Positions 25,501 through 32,761 of a stretch of DNA of 55,532 nt are shown piece after piece. The notes under the pieces are model-generated. The model saw nothing but the letters and a program-made list of their open reading frames with translations. It ran no database searches and was not told the origin of the DNA. The position numbers were made by a program, and so were the translations under genes. Each line of letters opens with the position of its first letter. The first letter of the stretch is position 1. The stretch is from a virus (lineage: Duplodnaviria > Caudoviricetes), in IMG/VR virus record IMGVR_UViG_3300045738_001117, positions 1 through 55,532 of that record. One strand, given 5' to 3'.

Positions 25501-25905
25501 TTAGCTAATACATCTGGAACATTTGCATTAACGGATGGTTCTGATAGACGCATTAAAGACAATATACGAGATACTGAAATTGAAGGATTAAGTGCTGTCA
25601 ATTCAATGCAAGTCAGAGATTTTGAATGGAAGAAATCGGGAGATACTTGTATTGGCGGTCTTGTTGCACAGGAGTTAAAAGAAGTTTTCTCTCCAGCCGT
25701 AAGTGGCGAAGAGGATGATGTTGAAGAATATGAAGTTTCTCCATCAGTTGAAGCGTCAGAAGGCGTCGAAGCCGTTGATGCTGTAATGGGTGAAAGACCA
25801 AGGATGATGGGTGTGTCAAGAGATAGGCTTGTTCCAGTTTTGATAAAAGCAATACAAGAACTTTCAGCAAAAGTAGAAGCATTGAAAGAACAGTTAAAAG
25901 CATGA
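22534..25905 (+). CDS. Long tail fibre with YadA-head-like NxAIGxxAL repeats and S74 chaperone
   Basis: Dozens of ~14-aa N.AIG..A repeats; SDRRIKDNI, GLVAQEL, LVPVLIKAIQELS. Confidence 0.9.
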   Translation: MRNLSRSAPLTGGGTISGDLTISGDLSVEGGGSFTYDEILTGNMNITGDLTVSGADLTIVGATSTIIAEQSAGAIRGNIKFITSGGDGSIAFETTTNGAGAIAEAMRINHDGNVGIGATPTVAKLEVHGGTHSTSLLIKGSGGDTGIKFVDSAGNIDGYVYASGEDIGLLDMDGDWGVKVDSNTSVDLRVAGLVKMKLDDNSRISLSNNDSGTSNTIFGKLAGDDLAAGGNYSVLIGENAGHTNKLSDNNIAIGYGAMDLAYIDDTEDALVADNIFIGKNAGGGDWDSAASHSNIAIGSAALAAALDGALNNVVIGKEASESLISGDYNVAIGSASFKSSQGADKCVFIGADAGKDGNVSSDGQIGIGHSALKNLTSGAGNVAVGYQTLDAITSVGYCTAIGHQALSAACGADSTAVGYQALMVNTAGDNTAIGKSALVDMVEGFDNTAVGSGAMGGALDATADASEANVALGKNALGGDWVTAVSNNNTAIGSFAMDAAMDGAVNNTAVGHNSLSALTSGDSNTAIGHNALLSSTTAIENTAIGNIAGDALVGGGGNTLVGAGTLTTSTSGTDNVCIGTDAGSGAGDVDDTVIIGKSAADGALTSDADGTIAIGKSALGALTSGAKNVAIGYDALGDLIEGDHNIAIGYDSMNAMVGETGEGNVGNKNVAIGTDAMGSVNAGGHASSASDRNIAIGYDALKGGALSDGSEGHLDANIAIGNNAMNSTGSNSQTGTVAIGGSALTALTSGAGNVAIGYTAMDELTTGNYNTALGYAALHQMDSGEEHMTAVGYLAGDAADGNTTCTLIGSQTDPNTTGTDNETVIGYNATGAGGTNSVTLGNASVTAVYMASDSGAHVYAGAGTFGGNTKVTTSDADTTFTIETTSGSSIFPILDFVSSHSTVGAKIRSDGDDVITFDNSQNVGIGVSPTYRLDVHDDTTAGGGYMARFTNDGDNANRLGIIIKAGADDASGTTRYLLAQDGDGGTVGYLANTSGTFALTDGSDRRIKDNIRDTEIEGLSAVNSMQVRDFEWKKSGDTCIGGLVAQELKEVFSPAVSGEEDDVEEYEVSPSVEASEGVEAVDAVMGERPRMMGVSRDRLVPVLIKAIQELSAKVEALKEQLKA

Positions 25906-26342
25906 TTATTAGAAGGTGCAGTCAGGGACATAGAGTACGATTACATCGTAATACTACTCCAGATGCGACAAGAGTAAAGACTTATCCAGATGGAGCAGTA
26001 GAGACTTTGACTTATCCTTCAGCGCAGTATGACTACTTTGTAGAAGTAGATGGTACTGTAGTTAAGCGTTCAGACAGCTTTGAAACAGTTGAAGAATACT
26101 TTGTGTCAGAATGTGCTAAGAAGCACGGTGACGGACATGGTAGGTTGTTGATTGGTAAGCATCATGTAATCAATGGTGTTGCTACAACACAAGCAGATTA
26201 TCCTACTGATGCAAATACTAAATCAGAGATAAAGGTTTTCTTTGATAACAGGAGTGTCGCTTACAGTGATAGTGATACTAAATCAGTGCTACTAAACAAT
26301 ATACGTATTGATACTAGTAGTACAAAACACATAAGGAGATAG
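25902..26342 (+). CDS. Hypothetical protein with C-terminal HeH/LEM-like motif
   Basis: TKSEIKVFFDNRSVAYSDSDTKSVLL. Confidence 0.7.
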   Translation: MIIRRCSQGHRVRLHRNTTPDATRVKTYPDGAVETLTYPSAQYDYFVEVDGTVVKRSDSFETVEEYFVSECAKKHGDGHGRLLIGKHHVINGVATTQADYPTDANTKSEIKVFFDNRSVAYSDSDTKSVLLNNIRIDTSSTKHIRR

Positions 26343-26346
26343 ACAA

Positions 26347-26568
26347 ATGGCTAAAAAGAAAAAAGACGAGCCTACAGTAAATATCGATGGGCAAGAGTAT
26401 AAAGTAGAAGACCTAAAACCTGAGCAGATTGATATGGTAAATCATGTATCAGACTTAGATAACAAGCTACGCAACGCACAGTTCAATGTAGCTCAGTTAC
26501 AGGGTGGAAGAGAACACTTCTTTACGATGCTTAAAGGAAGTTTAGACGTTGCCGAAGAAGCTGCTTAA
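26347..26568 (+). CDS. DUF6447-like small protein
   Basis: VNIDGQEYKVEDL..EQ then coiled coil; AAGGAG SD. Confidence 0.75.
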   Translation: MAKKKKDEPTVNIDGQEYKVEDLKPEQIDMVNHVSDLDNKLRNAQFNVAQLQGGREHFFTMLKGSLDVAEEAA

Positions 26569-26577
26569 CAATGAAGA

Positions 26578-26766
26578 ATGAATCAATTATCGAAATCAAA
26601 GTTCAATCGCATCACTGCGGATGTGGGGGTGTCAACTGTAGGCGCGATACTTGTGCTAATGATGTTTCGCTACGGCGATATACGGTCAGCACTTCTTACC
26701 CTACTGATATTCGGTATATTCAAGAAGATGATGGTGGGACTAGTGAGGCAGTGGCTTAATGGATAA
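26578..26766 (+). CDS. Possible two-TM membrane protein
   Basis: Two hydrophobic segments; overlaps next start; weak SD; competing frame 26571..26759. Confidence 0.4.
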   Translation: MNQLSKSKFNRITADVGVSTVGAILVLMMFRYGDIRSALLTLLIFGIFKKMMVGLVRQWLNG

Positions 26767-27010
26767 GATATGGATAGAGTACGGATTCACAGGCCTTTCG
26801 GCTCTTATTCTTGGTGGTCTCATTACATTTCTAACAAAGACTCTTATGAGTAAGTTGAAAGTAATAGAGGACATTTGTGTAAAGCTAATAGACAGATGGA
26901 ATCGCAGTGATGAGACAAGAGACAGGCGCCACGAACAAATGATTCAAGAGATGAATGATATAACTGATGATATTAACTATATCAAAGGCAAGTTAAATAG
27001 TGGTAAATAA
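26759..27010 (+). CDS. Holin-like protein (N-terminal TM plus coiled coil)
   Basis: EYGFTGLSALILGGLITFL...DRRHEQMI. Confidence 0.55.
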   Translation: MDKIWIEYGFTGLSALILGGLITFLTKTLMSKLKVIEDICVKLIDRWNRSDETRDRRHEQMIQEMNDITDDINYIKGKLNSGK

Positions 27011-27012
27011 AG

Positions 27013-27276
27013 ATGAATGGGAACGAAAGACAAGAATTACACACCATTTTGGAAGTTCTTGAGATACACAGTCAGGAACGACAAGTATTAAGTGATGACG
27101 TTAGGGAAATAAAGGTCTGCTTAATGGGTGACCCGAGTAAACATGATGACTTGGGATTGCAAGGTGAAGTTGCTAAGAACTCAGCTTTCCGTAAAGGAGC
27201 TTCAAAAGGTCTGTGGGCAATGTTTACAGGCTTTATTGGCTTGCTGTGGTTCTCAATTAAAAACACATTAAAATAG
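27013..27276 (+). CDS. Coiled coil plus C-terminal TM protein (XhlA-like topology)
   Basis: EIKVCLMGDP...GLQGEV...LWAMFTGFIGLLWF. Confidence 0.55.
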   Translation: MNGNERQELHTILEVLEIHSQERQVLSDDVREIKVCLMGDPSKHDDLGLQGEVAKNSAFRKGASKGLWAMFTGFIGLLWFSIKNTLK

Positions 27277-27287
27277 GAGAAAACAAT

Positions 27288-27437
27288 ATGGAATTTATAT
27301 CAGACAACTGGGAGTGGGTAGCAATAGCTATCCTTGTTGTAGATAAGATGGTTGCAATGAGCCCGTCTAAAATGGATGACTTGCTTTGGTCGTCTATGAA
27401 GAAGATTCTATCGGGACTCAGATTAAAGAAGAAGTAG
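27288..27437 (+). CDS. 49-aa holin-like membrane peptide (MEFISDNWEWVAIAILVVDK...)
   Basis: Read manually; AGGAG SD; SPSKMDD motif after the TM helix. Confidence 0.7.
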   Translation: MEFISDNWEWVAIAILVVDKMVAMSPSKMDDLLWSSMKKILSGLRLKKK

Positions 27438-27513
27438 CAGGTGTGCTGCAGTATTATTCCTAATGCCGACACTTATTCCGTTGTTCGCAGTGCACCTGCC
27501 TGTCGGCGCATTA
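27437..27513 (+). ncRNA. Candidate H-type RNA pseudoknot
   Basis: 13-bp stem 27437-27449/27487-27499 (2 GU); loop 27461-27471 pairs with 27501-27513. Confidence 0.55.
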
Positions 27514-27529
27514 TGAAAGAGGAAAGAGC

Positions 27530-28036
27530 ATGCCACAAGATTTAGAAAAACGTATACACACATCTACTGGAAAACCTGTTTATCTTGCAAGTGGGAATTT
27601 AAGTTGGGAGGAAGACCTTCTTGATAAGAGAACAAAGAGATGGATGTCTTTAGGGTCTTTATCAGGAGTTCCAAAGTTTGAGACAAGTGTAATTCGCAAG
27701 AGAGCTCTTAATCTTATTACTCAAAACATAGACCACTTACCAGAGGATCGAGCAAGAGAGACATATGAACATTACCGAGAAGGGTTAAATAAGAGGTGGG
27801 AGAAGGATTTAACTGCTTATGAGAACCAGGTTATACGTCAATTTGGCAAAATACAAGGATTAAGAGTTGATGATCCAGACCCTAATGAAAGGCGTGTAGC
27901 ATTAAAGAAGGCGAGGGATATGGCAAAAGATGCGACGAGAATTTTAGAAGCAGGTGGAACTGAAAAAGATTTATCTAAAGCAGGGTATAAGATAATAGAA
28001 GATGCATTAATAAATAATATGAAAAATATGAGGTAA
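27530..28036 (+). CDS. Hypothetical protein
   Basis: GAGG SD; 168 aa. Confidence 0.75.
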   Translation: MPQDLEKRIHTSTGKPVYLASGNLSWEEDLLDKRTKRWMSLGSLSGVPKFETSVIRKRALNLITQNIDHLPEDRARETYEHYREGLNKRWEKDLTAYENQVIRQFGKIQGLRVDDPDPNERRVALKKARDMAKDATRILEAGGTEKDLSKAGYKIIEDALINNMKNMR

Positions 28037-28037
28037 C

Positions 28038-28289
28038 ATGGCTAAAGTAACCAAGGCAGTTAGAGAAGCAAGGAAAAAGCCTGGTGGCTCTAATGTTGGT
28101 AAAAAGCGTAAAACCTCAGGTGCTAAAGAAGGCCCATTCTGTGGGCCATCAGGAGGAGCTCCTGCAGGGAGTTATCCAATAACGAATTGTAAGCAAGTAG
28201 CTGCAGCTAAATCATATGCAAGGCATGCTCCTAATCCAAGTGGTATTAAAGCATGTGCTTCAAGGATTGGCAAGAAACTTGGGTGTTAG
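28038..28289 (+). CDS. Small basic Cys-containing protein (DUF6582-like YP motif)
   Basis: FCGPSGGAPAGSYPI...AAAKSYARHAPNPSGIKAC; GAGGT SD. Confidence 0.7.
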   Translation: MAKVTKAVREARKKPGGSNVGKKRKTSGAKEGPFCGPSGGAPAGSYPITNCKQVAAAKSYARHAPNPSGIKACASRIGKKLGC

Positions 28290-28315
28290 TAATAAAAAAT
28301 AAATGAGGTGATAAT

Positions 28316-28633
28316 ATGCCGTTAACAGAAGAATATTCAGATAAAGTTCATTCTGCGGTTCAGAGATTAAAAATAGAAGGTGGAATGACAAATGAAAACG
28401 TAACGAAAGCACAGAAGCTTCTACAATATTTTTATCCGAACCTTGAAATAGATGGAGATTATGGAAAAGAAACGATAAAAGCAGCTAGAGGTTTCTACAA
28501 AGATTATTATTGGACTGAGGAAAGAATGATTGAAGAAGTGAGGAAACGTGGTTTATTTTTGGGAGACGAGAAAAGTGCTATTGAATATGAAATGCGAAAG
28601 ATGATAGAATCTGGCAGGAAAGAGAAGAAATAA
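28316..28633 (+). CDS. Stand-alone peptidoglycan-binding domain protein (PG_binding_1-like)
   Basis: VTKAQKLL...IDGDYGKETIKAARGF. Confidence 0.75.
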   Translation: MPLTEEYSDKVHSAVQRLKIEGGMTNENVTKAQKLLQYFYPNLEIDGDYGKETIKAARGFYKDYYWTEERMIEEVRKRGLFLGDEKSAIEYEMRKMIESGRKEKK

Positions 28634-28800
28634 TGAGAATAAGAACTGACTTATTCGGACATGATAAAGGCTTTGGAGATACTGTTGCAAGGGCTATTAG
28701 AACAGTATCAAGAAATAGAATTAAGGAATGTGGCGGATGCAAGGACAGGAAAGACAAATTAAACAAGATATTTCCCTACAGGGACGTAGAAGCACGGTAG
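28633..28800 (+). CDS. 55-aa conserved phage protein (GFGDTV...CGGC..RK..LN..FPY)
   Basis: Read manually; TAATG coupling; familiar motif pattern. Confidence 0.75.
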   Translation: MRIRTDLFGHDKGFGDTVARAIRTVSRNRIKECGGCKDRKDKLNKIFPYRDVEAR

Positions 28801-28954
28801 TAAATATAGCAAGTAAGTTAGAGGGCGTCGAAGGTGGACTGAGGATGGATATGTTTGACCATGATGACACTAAAGACGCTCCTTGTATTTGCGATCTACC
28901 TGAACCTATGCAAGATATTATTTGGAATGACATAATTGCCGAGGAAAGTTAAAA

Positions 28955-31126
28955 GTGCCTAAACAACTTTGGAAAATAGATCAGTTTCATGGAGGTCTAA
29001 ATAGTAGTTCAGACCCAAGAGATATTGCAGACAGTCAATTATCTACAGCGACTGATGTAATGGTAGATGAGTTAGGTAAGATTAGAACTATGGGAGGTAC
29101 TTCTGCACATGTTTCTGGTACACCAGAAGATGATCAGGCAACTGGATGGTATGGTACTCTTGTGCCAGGTTATGGATTATTTCAGTTTAGCCATGATAGA
29201 TTAGGAGCTGAAGACATGGGTAGTGCTGAGGTTGAAACTGGTGATGATTATCTTGCTCTATATGATGGGAATGATGGTCAAGTTTGGATATATAGTAAGG
29301 AACGAGATGTGTGGGACGATATAGATGGTACTGCTGATACTGGAGTTATTGATATAGGTTCATCATCTACTTCATCTGCTGAACTAGCATTTTATAACGT
29401 AGATGGCTCATTAAGAGTAAGTGATGGGAATTTTAATAATACAAATCAGTGGTATGGATATATTAAAAGGACGTTGTTTCCTAGTACAACTCCTACTGTC
29501 GCAAATGATGGGTGGTTTTCTGAAGTTCAAGGATTGACAGCCCCTCCTAGTGGAGATATTTTAACTAATGGTAACGATCCTCCTGCTGCTAATGGAGAAA
29601 TAGAATGTGCTTTTTTTGATGCAACTGGCACTGGTGGTACATGGGACGAAGTAAGTTATGATGGGGTAGCTTTGTATGTAACTTTTGTTTATGATGGTGA
29701 CGTAGGCGACCGCAGTGGACAGGAATCCTTGCCCTTTAAATTGAGTACTATTCATCCTACTATAGCTGCTGACAAGTTAATGAAGCTAGCAATTATCGCA
29801 GACCCACCATTTAATCCAAGAATTACTGGTGGCAGAATATATTGGTCTGAGGTGTTAGAGGTAGATGTAACTCCAGATTTAATTGATGGAACGAGATACT
29901 TGTTGGCTGAGTTTGATTTTAATAGGGGGTGCAGAGGCGCTGGAGAAGAAGATTGGAAGGCTTGGGGCGACGGCATTAGTGGTGACGTTGAAGCTCCAGA
30001 TGGTGAATATTTACGTTTTTTAACACCGCCTACCGCAGAAACATATGATTCTATTAATGGTTTTTCATCACAATGGGATTCTATTAGTTTTGATAATAGT
30101 GGAGATGGGTTTAAAACTGCTGTTGTTGTTAATAGAATGGTATATGCTGGCAATGTCAGGATGACAAATAAGGATGGTGTACAAACTACATTCGGCGATG
30201 CTATGATTAAGTCGATTCAGCATAAATTTGATACTTTTATTCCTAATAATATTGTTGAAGTAACTATTAGAGATGGTGATGAAATAGTAAAATTAGAGGA
30301 GTATGCAGATAGAATATTACAGTTTAAAAAACATAAAATGCACTTACTCAATATATCGCAAGAAATAGAGATTTTAGAAGATACTTTTATAAACAAAGGA
30401 GTATCGCATCCTGCTGCTACTTGTAAAACTGACTTTGGTATTGCATGGGTAAATAAACATGGAGTATATCTATATAACGGGGAAAAAGTTATTAATTTGC
30501 TTGAGAAAGGTGGTATGCAGATAATAAAGGAAAGTGACTGGGAAACATTTACCGCTAATGAGCCTATGATTGGTTATATACCAAAGAAAAGACAGCTAAT
30601 AATTGTAGATGATATCACCAGTGACGGTGATGGGTCTATATTTTTGTATGATCTGGTAACACAATCTTGGGTTAAAGGAGCTGCGGCTACATTTACTGTT
30701 GGTAGCAAGACAAATTTTATTACGGATTGGAATGGAGATTTAGTACATTCTCATACATCTGGAACTATGCTTAAGTGGGATGATGCTAGTGCTACATCAA
30801 CACTTGTTGACTTTAGGACAAAAGATATTGATTTTGGACAGCCATCACAAAGAAAGAAGATATATAAGATTTATGTTACACATAGGGGCAGTGCTAGTAA
30901 CATTCAAACAGCATATGCTGTAGATGGTAATGCGGGTACTTTTACTAATGCTGGTTCTGAATTACCAGCAACATCTCCTGTGACAGATTGGGTAACAACA
31001 GAAGTTGCTATTAGCGTTGCCAACTGTTATTCTTTGCAACTCAAGTTTTTTAGCAATGGAACTACACCAACAAACTTTGAAATAAATGATATATCAATAG
31101 TTTACAGATCGAAGCATATAAAGTAA
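28955..31126 (+). CDS. Tail nozzle / DNA stabilization protein (P22 gp10/T7 gp12-like)
   Basis: FHGGLNS..DPRDI N-terminus, propeller-like strands, TKDIDFGQPSQRKKIYKIYVT C-terminus; GTG start. Confidence 0.78.
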   Translation: MPKQLWKIDQFHGGLNSSSDPRDIADSQLSTATDVMVDELGKIRTMGGTSAHVSGTPEDDQATGWYGTLVPGYGLFQFSHDRLGAEDMGSAEVETGDDYLALYDGNDGQVWIYSKERDVWDDIDGTADTGVIDIGSSSTSSAELAFYNVDGSLRVSDGNFNNTNQWYGYIKRTLFPSTTPTVANDGWFSEVQGLTAPPSGDILTNGNDPPAANGEIECAFFDATGTGGTWDEVSYDGVALYVTFVYDGDVGDRSGQESLPFKLSTIHPTIAADKLMKLAIIADPPFNPRITGGRIYWSEVLEVDVTPDLIDGTRYLLAEFDFNRGCRGAGEEDWKAWGDGISGDVEAPDGEYLRFLTPPTAETYDSINGFSSQWDSISFDNSGDGFKTAVVVNRMVYAGNVRMTNKDGVQTTFGDAMIKSIQHKFDTFIPNNIVEVTIRDGDEIVKLEEYADRILQFKKHKMHLLNISQEIEILEDTFINKGVSHPAATCKTDFGIAWVNKHGVYLYNGEKVINLLEKGGMQIIKESDWETFTANEPMIGYIPKKRQLIIVDDITSDGDGSIFLYDLVTQSWVKGAAATFTVGSKTNFITDWNGDLVHSHTSGTMLKWDDASATSTLVDFRTKDIDFGQPSQRKKIYKIYVTHRGSASNIQTAYAVDGNAGTFTNAGSELPATSPVTDWVTTEVAISVANCYSLQLKFFSNGTTPTNFEINDISIVYRSKHIK

Positions 31127-31130
31127 TATT

Positions 31131-31319
31131 ATGCCAAAAACAAGACAAGATAGACTTGGATTCCATAAAAAGCAGGAAAGACTGCAAGTTGGGATTGGGG
31201 TCCCAACTGCTTCGCAACTGGTACCTGGGGTTCCAGTAATAAGAAGTGTTAATGGGGAAGTTATAGAGTACATTGTATATAATGGAGTGTTATATAAAAC
31301 CGTGAAAACAAAAGCATAG
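31131..31319 (+). CDS. Small virion-associated protein
   Basis: Directly after the nozzle gene. Confidence 0.65.
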   Translation: MPKTRQDRLGFHKKQERLQVGIGVPTASQLVPGVPVIRSVNGEVIEYIVYNGVLYKTVKTKA

Positions 31320-31328
31320 GAAAATAAA

Positions 31329-32033
31329 ATGCCACGAGAACAAGCAAGTCCACAACAAATTGCATCACAAGTGTATGCTCCAACAGCTGCATATCAATCT
31401 GCAAAAAGAGAAGCCACTGGAAAATCATCTGAATTTTCTAAATTTCAAACAAGGGTACAAAAAGATATAGAAGAAAAAGCTGACAAGTTCTTATTTGGAC
31501 AAGATATAGGATCAATAATACTTGGAATAGGAGTTCCACTGATTTTAGGTTCGTTAACTGGTGGTACAGGCCTTGCGGCTTGGTGGAAGGCGGCAAACGT
31601 TTTTACTAAAGCTGCTGTAGCAGGGGCAGCAACTTATGCAGGTGGTAAGGTTGGTAGTGCAATATCGGCGAAGCCATTAAGTGCTGAGACTAAACCCTAT
31701 TATAAGGAAGAGAGAAAAGAGTTTAAGGCAGAATCCGAAAGGGGTTTAATAAAAAGCTCCCTTATGGCGGCTCTTTATCAAGGGATAAAAGCAAAATATC
31801 CCGCTTCTGCTGGAGGTGTACCAACTGTTGAGGTGGGAGAAGGCATTGTAGACGTAGGTAAGTCACGGCTTGCAGAGTGGGAAAGATTTGTATCCCAGGC
31901 GGGTAAAGGCGCTGGTGGAGGGGGGGGCTTTGGTGATATTTTTCCCGTGGAGGGGGGTGGTATAGATATAAAGGCATTTGATATCATAGGTAAAACCCTT
32001 AATACAACCTCATCAAGCATCAGATTCCCATAA
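31329..32033 (+). CDS. Putative ejection (pilot) protein with Gly/Ala-rich TM hairpin
   Basis: IGSIILGIGVPLILGSLTGGTGLAA; synteny. Confidence 0.6.
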   Translation: MPREQASPQQIASQVYAPTAAYQSAKREATGKSSEFSKFQTRVQKDIEEKADKFLFGQDIGSIILGIGVPLILGSLTGGTGLAAWWKAANVFTKAAVAGAATYAGGKVGSAISAKPLSAETKPYYKEERKEFKAESERGLIKSSLMAALYQGIKAKYPASAGGVPTVEVGEGIVDVGKSRLAEWERFVSQAGKGAGGGGGFGDIFPVEGGGIDIKAFDIIGKTLNTTSSSIRFP

Positions 32034-32044
32034 GGATATTATAA

Positions 32045-32752
32045 ATGAATATAAATACAAAAGTAGTATTTGAGTGGAGTGACAAAAGACAGGAGTATGT
32101 AGAAATATACTCTGAAGGATATGAATATAGTGGCGATTTAATTCTTGCAACAGATTTTGATCAGATTGTTGAAGAATGCCTGGCCACAGGCGGGGGGAGT
32201 GTAGAGGAGTGTTCAGCTGAAGCCAATGCACAAGGTTATTTCCCATTGGGAGAAGACCCTGGGAGTGAGTGGCGTTCGGGGGGAGCATACCAGCAGCGCC
32301 AGGAGAGTGGCGAAGGTCAACCAAAATCTCTTGACCAATATTTAGAGGGTGGAATGACATTGGATGAAATAACGAAGCATTTTAAATTGAGGGCAAATGA
32401 GTCGCAATATTTTACTCCAATTCCATCGGATGTGGTTGAAGCTACAAAACCTGGATACTGGGACTCATATGAGCAATTACGTGAAGAAATGACTATTGAA
32501 CCAGCGCAGAGGCAATTTGAAACGGAGAGAGGTACACTTGCATTTAAACTTGGTAGAACAGGGCTTGCAAAGGTTGGGCAAGGAACCGAAATGCAGACAA
32601 CATTAAGGTCTGACTTTCAAACAAAAATGAAAGGGCTTCAATTTGACATTGCTTCTGATGTTGAACAAAAGAAGCTAAATGCAACAGAAAGATTAAATGC
32701 ATTAGTAAGACAAAATCAAGACCGTGCGTTGCAGTTAGACCAAATGGCTTAA
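32045..32752 (+). CDS. Putative ejection protein
   Basis: MNINTKVVFEW...YEYSGDLILA leader; helical C-terminus; synteny. Confidence 0.6.
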   Translation: MNINTKVVFEWSDKRQEYVEIYSEGYEYSGDLILATDFDQIVEECLATGGGSVEECSAEANAQGYFPLGEDPGSEWRSGGAYQQRQESGEGQPKSLDQYLEGGMTLDEITKHFKLRANESQYFTPIPSDVVEATKPGYWDSYEQLREEMTIEPAQRQFETERGTLAFKLGRTGLAKVGQGTEMQTTLRSDFQTKMKGLQFDIASDVEQKKLNATERLNALVRQNQDRALQLDQMA

Positions 32753-32761
32753 GGAGATAAA

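Noticed and set aside
20464-25905. Diversity-generating retroelement or invertase switch acting on the fibres
   Set aside because: No reverse transcriptase, no template/variable repeat pair, and no recombinase or inverted cassette found
27435-27545. Readthrough or frameshift fusion of the holin-like gene to the 27530 ORF
   Set aside because: Readthrough hits another stop after ~35 codons and is out of frame; no spacer between stop and stem
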